Shown piece after piece: positions 57,109 through 64,000 of a DNA stretch of 64,000 bases. The stretch spans positions 1-64,000 of IMG/VR virus record IMGVR_UViG_2974549060_000001; one strand, given 5' to 3'. Numbering within the stretch: the first letter of the stretch is position 1; every line of letters begins with the position of its first letter. Under the pieces are notes generated by a model. It worked only from the letters and a program-made list of their open reading frames with translations, had not been told where the DNA came from and ran no database searches. The position numbers were made by a program, and so were the translations under genes. This DNA is from a virus (taxonomy: Duplodnaviria; Caudoviricetes).

Positions 57109-57237
57109 TTATACACCCTTAAATGTAATGGTTAAATAAACAATATCGACTGGATTGATATTTTTAATCCAGTTGCCTAAGTTAATAAAGGAGTTAAACT
57201 CAGCTTCCTGTTTCGCTCCATAATCTATGTAAGTCAT
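57109..57237 (-). CDS. Small hypothetical protein (42 aa)
   Basis: Manual translation MTYIDYGAKQEAEFNSFINLGNWIKNINPVDIVYLTITFKGV. Confidence 0.5.
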   Translation of the reverse strand: MTYIDYGAKQEAEFNSFINLGNWIKNINPVDIVYLTITFKGV

Positions 57238-57251
57238 AAATTCCACATTAA

Positions 57252-57602
57252 TCATTCGGATGTTACCTCTTTCCAGTATTGCATATTGAGATAGCCACCA
57301 CCGGCTATATGTTTAACAATCTTATCTAACGTATGTTCAACCTGAGCTTTCAACTCTGGCTTACAGCCTTCGCGATACTCGGCTGAGTATGCAAGATAAT
57401 ACTCAACACCATAAATGGTTACTTCGATACGGTTGGTGTAATACTGCTGTCCCAGATGCGTTTGCATCAGGCGACGAGCAATACGTGGATATGTCAAAGC
57501 ACGATCGTGTTCACGCTCAAGCCTGATTTCGAAGCCCTGTTTACGGGCTTCTACGATAGTTTGATGCAGGGCATCAATGTCGTGAATCATGTTAGCCATC
57601 AT
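57252..57602 (-). CDS. Hypothetical early protein
   Basis: 116-aa ORF. Confidence 0.65.
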   Translation of the reverse strand: MMANMIHDIDALHQTIVEARKQGFEIRLEREHDRALTYPRIARRLMQTHLGQQYYTNRIEVTIYGVEYYLAYSAEYREGCKPELKAQVEHTLDKIVKHIAGGGYLNMQYWKEVTSE

Positions 57603-57740
57603 TCGTTACGCCCCTTCTGCATAGCAGTGCCGATACGGATAACCAGCACTGTTACGATTGCAGACAGAGTAGCGTAGATACCTAAGCCGATTAAGAATGT
57701 AGTCATGATTAATACCTCTGGTTTAATAGGATTCACCCGA

Positions 57741-57753
57741 CGTGCTATGCACG
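57741..57753 (-). promoter_or_regulatory. vRNAP hairpin promoter (TAT loop)
   Basis: CGTGC-TAT-GCACG; predicted +1 at C57736. Confidence 0.65.
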
Positions 57754-57768
57754 CCAGGCTTTGATTAT

Positions 57769-58269
57769 TTATGCACGGATGACACGGATATCATCCGGCA
57801 TCAGTTCACCAATGTGAGTAGCAGCACACCACACTGCGTTATGTTCACCGTCTTCCATTACCTTCTGTAATTTGTTACGGCTACCATAGGCCCAGGTCAT
57901 AGCTACATAGAACTCTGCACCATCTTCCAGTTCACCGAAGGTGAGTGTCTCAACAGGGACAGGAATGCGGCTCTCTGCACTCAGGTCAGGCGTAGTGAGC
58001 GTAGACGCATCAACTACAGGCAGACTGAGTTCAAACGCTCTGAGAGCGATACAGGAGCTTTTAGGGCCAGTGTTCTCTTCGATGTACTGAAGTATGTCAC
58101 TCCACCCTTCGAACACATAGTCGTTGTTATTGTCATACAGTGTTAACCAGTCGAAGTCTGATTCTCGATGACCATGTAACCATTCAGACAGAGCTGTAAG
58201 GTCAGTGAACTCTTTATCGACTGACTGAGTATCGTCAATGAACTTAACTTCTAATACGAGTGTAGACAT
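57769..58269 (-). CDS. Hypothetical early protein
   Basis: Start trimmed to MSTLVLE with a TGGAG SD. Confidence 0.7.
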   Translation of the reverse strand: MSTLVLEVKFIDDTQSVDKEFTDLTALSEWLHGHRESDFDWLTLYDNNNDYVFEGWSDILQYIEENTGPKSSCIALRAFELSLPVVDASTLTTPDLSAESRIPVPVETLTFGELEDGAEFYVAMTWAYGSRNKLQKVMEDGEHNAVWCAATHIGELMPDDIRVIRA

Positions 58270-58303
58270 AGCTGTAACTCCATAGTGAATTAGATAATCA
58301 CTT

Positions 58304-58320
58304 ATAGTGCTATGCACTAT
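58304..58320 (-). promoter_or_regulatory. vRNAP hairpin promoter (TAT loop)
   Basis: ATAGTGC-TAT-GCACTAT; predicted +1 at C58301. Confidence 0.72.
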
Positions 58321-58741
58321 TACCGGTCGTATACCTACGGTACTACGTACCTACGGTATACTCCCTGTATACACATAGTACATACTATGTAAGGTATACA
58401 TATAGATAAGGTAAATACAGAGATAGTATATAGGGTAGGTATAGGTATAAGTATGATAGTAGATAGGGTATAGGAGATAGAGATATAACTTAAACAGTTA
58501 GTAAGTAAGTAGTAACTAAGTAGTGTTATGTCTAGTAAGTGTCTATGTCTTTACTATAAACCTGTGTCAATGGTTATGTATAAGAACGTTTTGGACTAAG
58601 TGTGTATAGGATTATAATTATATAGAATAAGCATATGATTTATGACCGTCATACCTAGCGCGAGTAAAAGCTGTAAAGTTTTGGTAACTTGTAGCGCACC
58701 TTACTGTCTACAGGTTGGTTGTGTAATGTGTAATTGTGTAG

Positions 58742-58772
58742 AAAAGAATAAGCCTACTCCGAAGAGTAGGCA
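58742..58772 (-). terminator. Intrinsic terminator (UUCG loop)
   Basis: Minus strand GCCTACTC-TTCG-GAGTAGGCTTATTCTTTT. Confidence 0.8.
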
Positions 58773-58778
58773 TAGTGA

Positions 58779-59027
58779 TTACTTATTAGCTGGTGCAGCA
58801 AGAGCAGCCAGTTGATTATCCAGCTCATGCTTAGCTGCGTTGTAGATCATCTGGTCTCTAATCTCGATGAGTTCACCGAAGCGAGTAGCTTTGTTCTCAC
58901 ATACTTTAGCCAGCTCATTACCTGCATTAGCCAGACGATTGACAGCAGTAGCAGTAGTGGTAACAGTGGATACGGTTGCAACAACAGCACCAGTAAGAGC
59001 AGCGAACAGACCAATTGGTTGAGACAT
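58779..59027 (-). CDS. N4 gp1-like first early protein
   Basis: GLFAALTGAVVATVSTVTTTATAVNRLA resembles the N4 gp1 N-terminus; TGGAG SD before MSQ; first-gene position. Confidence 0.65.
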   Translation of the reverse strand: MSQPIGLFAALTGAVVATVSTVTTTATAVNRLANAGNELAKVCENKATRFGELIEIRDQMIYNAAKHELDNQLAALAAPANK

Positions 59028-59072
59028 AAGTAATACTCCATAGCTATAGGATGCGGCAGGATTGCCATGACA

Positions 59073-59085
59073 TGGCCTATGGCCA
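59073..59085 (-). promoter_or_regulatory. vRNAP hairpin promoter (TAT loop), first early promoter
   Basis: TGGCC-TAT-GGCCA upstream of the gp1-like gene. Confidence 0.62.
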
Positions 59086-59089
59086 AGTT

Positions 59090-59516
59090 GTGTAAGGCAG
59101 AGTAAGAATCCTTTTTCAGCCAGCACTATGCGGGGGGTATCCACCCAAATCTACAGCCAGAGTAGTAAGTTGAGCATCCGTACTTAATTAATAAAAAGTT
59201 TAAAAAGTTTTGGCTTTATAATTTTTACCAATTAGCACTGCACATTGACGGATGCTACTTATAGATAACACCCGTTGCCTACCAGTTTTTAAATCTGTTA
59301 CATCACATGTACCAGTCCAGCAATAGTCGATACGATAAACACGCGTACCTCTTGCTGCTACAATACGGATAACTAAACCTGGGCATAGGAAGGTTTCAGT
59401 CATCGTATTCCTAGGAAAGTGCCTCATAAAAAATCCTCACATAAAATTTTTAAAATTTGCCCAACCTTTTCAGCTTACATATACTCTGGCTTAAAACCTA
59501 TAGGGAACCTAAAGAT
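59090..59516. other. Probable junction of the genome ends / terminal-repeat region
   Basis: Divergence point between the first early gene and the terminase genes, as in circularised N4-like genomes; boundaries cannot be determined from sequence. Confidence 0.55.
59200..59403 (-). CDS. Small hypothetical protein
   Basis: MTETFLCPG..., AGGA SD. Confidence 0.5.
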   Translation of the reverse strand: MTETFLCPGLVIRIVAARGTRVYRIDYCWTGTCDVTDLKTGRQRVLSISSIRQCAVLIGKNYKAKTF

Positions 59517-60203
59517 ATGGTTAAGCTAACTCTTGAAGAACTTAAACTGTCCCTGCCGGATGGTGTGCGTAAGACTGTCACTGATGAAGTGCTGAATGGT
59601 GTGAATGCTGCGGTAGCTGACCCAGCCTTTTATGAGTATTACCGTAACAACCTGTTAAGTTATGGGCATGTGCTCAAGGAAGGTAAGTTCAGCGTTAAGC
59701 AGTATACGTCTGCCGTGCAGTACGTTAGTTATAAGCTGATGGGCTTAACTAACCAGGAAGCGTGGATGAAGACGTTTCCCCAGAAGTATCAGTATTTCGC
59801 ACAGCAGGGAACCAGTGCGAAAGTTATCTCCAGTTATGTCCATGCGTATCATAATACGAAGCTGGTTAACCTTGTCATGGAGCAGGCGATTGTTCCTATC
59901 CATGTGGTAGGCCGCGACCTTTTCTGGAAGGCACTGAACGTACAGGCCGAGCTTATGCAGACCGCCGTATCAGAGAAGGTACGCAGCGATGCTGCGAACA
60001 GCGTACTGAACACGTTGCGCCCACCTGAGACTAAGAAACTGGAGCTGGACGTAACCCATAAGGACGATGGTACACTGGAATCATTACGTCAGGCGACCCA
60101 GGCGCTGGTAGACCAACAGGCAGACGCCATTGCCAACGGCACGGCAACGGCCGGTCAGATAGCCGCGTATCGCGTCATTGAAGCGGAGAAGGTCGATGAG
60201 TAA
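59517..60203 (+). CDS. N4 gp69-like protein, putative terminase small subunit
   Basis: YRNNLLSYGHVLKEGKF..AVQYVSYKLMG..SEKVRSDAANSVL; directly upstream of terL. Confidence 0.8.
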   Translation: MVKLTLEELKLSLPDGVRKTVTDEVLNGVNAAVADPAFYEYYRNNLLSYGHVLKEGKFSVKQYTSAVQYVSYKLMGLTNQEAWMKTFPQKYQYFAQQGTSAKVISSYVHAYHNTKLVNLVMEQAIVPIHVVGRDLFWKALNVQAELMQTAVSEKVRSDAANSVLNTLRPPETKKLELDVTHKDDGTLESLRQATQALVDQQADAIANGTATAGQIAAYRVIEAEKVDE

Positions 60204-60369
60204 ACCAGAACTGATAATCATGGGCATAGGCGTGCTGGCATTCCTAGCTGGCCTCTTTCTTGCCTGGCTTCAAAGACGTTGCCACCACAAACACTTCCTG
60301 GTTCGCACCGGGCAGGGTGGCATACGCATCCTGTCATGCTCTAAGTGTGGGAAAATAAAATATGAATAA
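60196..60369 (+). CDS. Small membrane protein with a Cys/His tail
   Basis: TM segment followed by CHHKH...CSKCG; overlaps both neighbours. Confidence 0.55.
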   Translation: MSKPELIIMGIGVLAFLAGLFLAWLQRRCHHKHFLVRTGQGGIRILSCSKCGKIKYE

Positions 60370-61975
60370 CGTGGTAATGGGTGAACAGATTACCACCCGT
60401 ACCGTAGATAGCTGGCTGGCTGACGTTGACTATATCGACGACCCGACTTACCAGCCGTCCCGGTTCGCGTTGGAATTTATTCTGTTCATCAAAATGGTAA
60501 ATGGTGGGCAGGGGGAGGAAAACAAATCCCCCGTGCTGCATTATAAAATGCTCGATCAGGTTGTGTCCGGCGACACCCGTATCGCCAACATGATTCACCG
60601 TGGTGCCGCTAAGACAACCATCATGGGTGAATACCTGTTCCTGTATATCGGCGTGCATGGGGAGATCCCAGGCTTCGGTAAAATTGAACTGGCCCTGTAC
60701 GTGTCGGACTCTATTGATAACGGCGTGAAGAACATGCGTAAGAACCTGGAGTTCCGCTACGAGAACAGCCCGTTCTTGCAGCAGTACATCCCGGTAGCGA
60801 AGTTCACCGATATCCGTTGGGAGTTCCAGAATGTCAACGGCAATAAGTTCGTGGTCAAGGGGTACGGGGCGAAGACCGGCGTTCGTGGTACGAAAGAAAT
60901 GGGTAAACGTCCCCGCCTGGCGGTACTTGATGACCTGGTTTCGGATGAGGACGCCCGTTCGCCTACTGTTATCTCGGCCATTGAGGACACCATCTACAAG
61001 GCGGTGGAGTACGCCCTCCACCCTGAACGAAACATGATGATTTGGTCGGGCACACCGTTTAACGCATCCGATCCACTGTACAAAGCAGTCGAATCCGGGG
61101 CGTGGTCTGTCAACGTGTACCCAGTATGCGAACGTTTCCCGTGTGCCAAAGAAGATTTCCGGGGTAGCTGGCCTGACCGTTTCCCATATGAGTACGTTAA
61201 ACGCCAGTACGATAAGGCGTTAAAGGCCGGGATGATTGCGATGTTTAACCAGGAGCTGATGCTCCGAATCATGTCCGACGAAGACCGACTGATTGCCGAT
61301 GGCGATATTCGTTGGTATCGACGTGAGCTGATCTTGAACAACCCCAGTATTTTTAACTTCTACATCACCACCGACTTTGCTACCGGCGAGAAGCAGGCGA
61401 ATGACTACTCGGTCATTTCTGTCTGGGCCTATAACAATAACGGTGACTGGTTCTGGGTAGATGGGATCGCCAAGCGTCAGGACATGGGTAAAAACCTGGA
61501 TGACCTGTTCCGGTTTAACGCCAAGTACAAGCCTATCTCGGTAGGCGTCGAAGTCTCCGGCCAGCAGCAGGGCTTTATCACCTGGATTCAGGAACGCATG
61601 GTGAAGATGAATAACTTCTTCACTCTGGCTTCGAATGAGAACTCAAACCAGCCTGGTATCAGACCGAACACGAATAAACTGCAACGCTTTAACGTTGTGG
61701 TGCCGTGGTTCAAGGCTGGCAAGATGTACTTTCCCGAAGAGATGAAGAACAGCCCGGCCCTGATCGAGATGATGGAAGAACTTAAGTTGGCCTCGGTTGG
61801 CGGATTCAAGTCCAAGCATGACGACTCTATCGACACCATCTCCATGCTCGCCAGCATGAAAGCATGGAAGCCCAGCGAGGAAAGTACGCAACTTACCTGG
61901 GAGGATGGTAATATTTGGGATCAGAAAGTCGATGACGGTTGGGGCGATAGTGGCCTTAACTCCTACCTACCGTGA
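60362..61975 (+). CDS. terL: Terminase large subunit (N4 gp68-like)
   Basis: HRGAAKTT, RGTKE..RPRLAVLDD, GTPF, TTDFATG, HDDSIDT. Confidence 0.94.
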   Translation: MNNVVMGEQITTRTVDSWLADVDYIDDPTYQPSRFALEFILFIKMVNGGQGEENKSPVLHYKMLDQVVSGDTRIANMIHRGAAKTTIMGEYLFLYIGVHGEIPGFGKIELALYVSDSIDNGVKNMRKNLEFRYENSPFLQQYIPVAKFTDIRWEFQNVNGNKFVVKGYGAKTGVRGTKEMGKRPRLAVLDDLVSDEDARSPTVISAIEDTIYKAVEYALHPERNMMIWSGTPFNASDPLYKAVESGAWSVNVYPVCERFPCAKEDFRGSWPDRFPYEYVKRQYDKALKAGMIAMFNQELMLRIMSDEDRLIADGDIRWYRRELILNNPSIFNFYITTDFATGEKQANDYSVISVWAYNNNGDWFWVDGIAKRQDMGKNLDDLFRFNAKYKPISVGVEVSGQQQGFITWIQERMVKMNNFFTLASNENSNQPGIRPNTNKLQRFNVVVPWFKAGKMYFPEEMKNSPALIEMMEELKLASVGGFKSKHDDSIDTISMLASMKAWKPSEESTQLTWEDGNIWDQKVDDGWGDSGLNSYLP

Positions 61976-61983
61976 GGTGAGGC

Positions 61984-62889
61984 ATGAAATTAAGATTGTC
62001 CGATGTACTGGATAACCTGCTTTACGGCGAGTTCGCTCAGACGGGGTGGGCACAAGATGGTGAGTTCAGCATTGCTAACGTGAACAAGATCATCGTGTTG
62101 CTTAACTCGGCCCTGGCCGATATCTCGTCCCGCTTCTGGATTAAACGTAAAGAGGTATACCTTCAAACCTGCAAAGGGAAAACGCTGTACGTGATCGACA
62201 ACTCGGTCGCAAGCCAGCAGATGAAATTGCAGGGTGGCAACAGTGGATTGAAGACCAGTACTGGGGAAGTCTGGGAAGACGACCTCCAATCCATCTATGA
62301 GATCTATGATTGCAACGGTAATGAGCTGCATATCGCGCACGACGTAGGTTCGCCGCACGTCAGTGCAGGGCGAACCTGCAAGTGCGGTAATAAGCTGACA
62401 CCTGACGAACTGGATGACATGTGCTTCCCGTGCCGACAGAAACGCTTTAAGCAGACCATTGATAAACCAGCAACAATCACTACCCGCTACCATTCCTACG
62501 GTACGCCTAACATTCGTCCGGGCGACAGTGGGTCAGTGCAACTGGCTGCGTATAACACCATCCGTATCCCGGATGATATGCCAGCTCAGAAGCTGCGGAT
62601 TATTTACCGGGCAGCAGCTAAGCCAGTGAAGAAGATTGTAGATAATAACTTATACGATCCGACACGTATCTTTATCGACGTACCGTATGAGTATCTGCAA
62701 GCGATTCTCAACTTTATCGCATCGCGTAAGTTCAACTCGAATAAGTCTGGGGTACAGGGCGGTATGCACGAGGGGAACAACTACTACCAGAAATACATCG
62801 CTGCTTGCACGCTTCTGCAAGACCAGGGTTCTGGTGTGGAGCCGGTCGGTAATAACGGCAGTAAGTTTGAAGATAGCGGTTTCGTGTAA
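61984..62889 (+). CDS. N4 gp67-like virion (head-tail/neck) protein
   Basis: Position after terL; LYGEF..LNSALADISSRF; EGNNYYQKY..GFV C-terminus. Confidence 0.75.
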   Translation: MKLRLSDVLDNLLYGEFAQTGWAQDGEFSIANVNKIIVLLNSALADISSRFWIKRKEVYLQTCKGKTLYVIDNSVASQQMKLQGGNSGLKTSTGEVWEDDLQSIYEIYDCNGNELHIAHDVGSPHVSAGRTCKCGNKLTPDELDDMCFPCRQKRFKQTIDKPATITTRYHSYGTPNIRPGDSGSVQLAAYNTIRIPDDMPAQKLRIIYRAAAKPVKKIVDNNLYDPTRIFIDVPYEYLQAILNFIASRKFNSNKSGVQGGMHEGNNYYQKYIAACTLLQDQGSGVEPVGNNGSKFEDSGFV

Positions 62890-62890
62890 T

Positions 62891-62921
62891 AAAAAAACCC
62901 CCTTAATCGGGGGCTTTCTTT
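62891..62921. terminator. Bidirectional terminator
   Basis: A7-CCCCC-TTAATC-GGGGG-CTTTCTTTT between convergent genes. Confidence 0.8.
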
Positions 62922-63295
62922 TAGATGGTACAACCACCGCCTTCACATTTGCTGTTCTCAGCAAAACCGGCCAGAGCTTTGGCAGTCTCGTCTTTCTCCC
63001 ACATCGCCTGACGCAGCAGATAACCTTCAACCTCCCAGATCTTCTCAAAGGCATTTTCATAGGCATACGCCTTACCTTTCTCTTCATCGTAGTTGGCCGG
63101 ATCAACGCAGGCTGACACACCTTCTACTTTGAAGCCATTCTCCAGGATAATGATGCAGAGAGTTACCAGCTTGAGGTTGTCAAGGACAGCCTGATCGGTT
63201 GTACCGCCATCAGTGGCTTCAACGCCAGAACCAACGTTAAGATAAACGACAGACTTAATCTTCGCTTCGATGGATTCTTTACTTACAGTTGCCAT
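62921..63295 (-). CDS. N4 gp49 / Sf6 gp66 family protein (candidate cyclic-nucleotide sponge)
   Basis: VTLCIIILENGFKVEGVSACVDPANYDEEKGKAYAYENAFEKIWEVEGYLL matches the family pattern; start probably MATVSK (GAGG SD). Confidence 0.8.
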   Translation of the reverse strand: MATVSKESIEAKIKSVVYLNVGSGVEATDGGTTDQAVLDNLKLVTLCIIILENGFKVEGVSACVDPANYDEEKGKAYAYENAFEKIWEVEGYLLRQAMWEKDETAKALAGFAENSKCEGGGCTI

Positions 63296-63319
63296 AAATT
63301 CCTCAGTGTTCATAACGGA

Positions 63320-63345
63320 AAAAGCCCCACCGAAGTGGGGCTATT
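63320..63345 (-). terminator. Intrinsic terminator (UUCG loop) just upstream of the gp49-family gene
   Basis: Minus strand AGCCCCAC-TTCG-GTGGGGCTTTT. Confidence 0.75.
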
Positions 63346-63502
63346 CCAGGCTTGGAGGTCTGGGTACACAAGATTACTTTGCAGACTGGGCTGATTAGGC
63401 ACCGTACCCTTTACTCAGGCTCATGGTAGTTTTGAGTCCCCCATGAGAGACAACCTTGTCGGGTGTTTCCAACCTTTACGCACGAGGCGCAACGACGGGA
63501 AC

Positions 63503-63748
63503 TTATAAACCAGCCTTGATAACTTCTAACTGGCTTTTCATCATCACCCAGAATACGGCTGGTATCTTCTCGTAACCGAGGTTGATAAACATATCGCGTA
63601 TCTGAATGTTATGAATACGTTTGGCTACAAGCAGACTACAACATCTGAGCTTATCGTCAACGGGTTCGTTATACTTTTTTGCCATAGCAATGCAGAGGTC
63701 TACCGTATTCACGGCATCAAGGAACTCATCAATAGGATCGGGGAACAT
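63503..63748 (-). CDS. Hypothetical protein (81 aa)
   Basis: Start trimmed to MFPDPI because the longer ORF runs into the tRNA. Confidence 0.5.
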   Translation of the reverse strand: MFPDPIDEFLDAVNTVDLCIAMAKKYNEPVDDKLRCCSLLVAKRIHNIQIRDMFINLGYEKIPAVFWVMMKSQLEVIKAGL

Positions 63749-63780
63749 GTTTGTTACTCTGGTTTGGGGAAGGTATGAAT

Positions 63781-63863
63781 TGGATGGGGTATCTGGATTC
63801 GAACCAGAGAATGCCGATATCAAAGACCGGTAAAGCAGTATGCTTCACCGTTTAGCTATCCCA
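63781..63863 (-). pseudogene. Degenerate tRNA-Gln(UUG)
   Basis: T-arm TCTGG-TTCGAAT-CCAGA, anticodon arm CCGGT-CTTTGAT-ATCGG, D-arm GCT-AAACGGTGA-AGC and 3' TACCCCA-T-CCA are intact. There is a 10-nt insertion after the D-arm, and 2 nt are missing from the 5' acceptor strand. Confidence 0.8.
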
Positions 63864-63865
63864 TC

Positions 63866-63970
63866 TTATTAATTAAGACACCCTGCCAAAGTGACGATCC
63901 AGTGAGGCTGGCGATGGCACATTGAGATTAGGGTATGAGCCTGTTCAATGTTGGGTATCCTAATTAATAA
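63866..63970 (-). ncRNA. Candidate structured ncRNA (three-way junction)
   Basis: 18-bp closing stem with two G-U pairs, enclosing two hairpins. Confidence 0.55.
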
Positions 63971-64000
63971 GCCCCCTGTAAAGCCGGGGGCAACTCCGAG

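Noticed and set aside
57616-57626. CTGC-ATA-GCAG mini-hairpin as another promoter
   Set aside because: Only 4 bp, inside a small ORF, and the TAT loop is on the wrong strand.
58545-58575. Sigma70 promoter (TTGACA on the minus strand at about 58565-58570)
   Set aside because: No good -10 hexamer at 16-18 nt spacing.
62921-63313. Acb2 or Tad1 assignment
   Set aside because: Lacks their recognisable motifs; matches the gp49/gp66 pattern instead.
12997-63345. Plus-strand C-GAA-G hairpins as vRNAP promoters
   Set aside because: They are the reverse complement of UUCG-loop terminators, with long stems and U-tracts at gene ends.
63345-63500. Possible c-di-GMP-I/GEMM, preQ1 riboswitch or tRNA-Leu/Sec
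   Set aside because: GCAAAG, GGAAAC and GACTCAAAA words are present but not in the required order or stem context; no cloverleaf can be built.
63503-63823. 106-aa ORF as given in the track
   Set aside because: Its first 25 codons overlap the tRNA-like sequence; trimmed to 63748.

Overview
This 64 kb window is most of the genome of a lytic N4-like phage (Schitoviridae). The host is probably an Enterobacterales species, and the gene order recalls Cbunavirus-like phages (inference). It begins at the ATG of a 3693-aa virion RNA polymerase (+). A long minus-strand replication/middle block follows: RuvC-like resolvase, SSB, Sak4-like AAA, primase, PD-(D/E)XK nuclease, ThyX, Dam, family A DNA polymerase, rIIB/rIIA, Dda-like helicase, MoxR AAA plus VWA-metallopeptidase, and the two-subunit RNAP II. 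A plus-strand tail-spike/lysis/Ig-decoration island interrupts this block. Next comes the early region of small ORFs with hairpin promoters, the probable junction of the physical genome ends at about 59.1-59.5 kb, and then terminase, a gp67-like gene, a gp49-family gene and a degenerate tRNA-Gln. Portal and capsid genes lie outside the window. No integrase or CRISPR array was seen. The main unexplained signals are: (i) eight divergent early ORFs sharing one helix motif (hTxxxhDxhRTxxLLG) with unrelated C-termini; (ii) 3-nt-loop hairpin promoters with a non-canonical TAT loop, one GGA-loop hairpin possibly driving an ORF-less small RNA and one a leaderless mRNA; (iii) a ribosomal bL12 C-terminal domain inside rIIB; (iv) structured RNA candidates flanking a broken tRNA and preceding a candidate cyclic-nucleotide sponge gene; (v) a protein carrying four copies of the SSB-tail DLF motif; and (vi) a phased repeat array resembling an attP remnant behind a swapped tail-spike domain. 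All family assignments come from motif recognition by eye, with no database searches.
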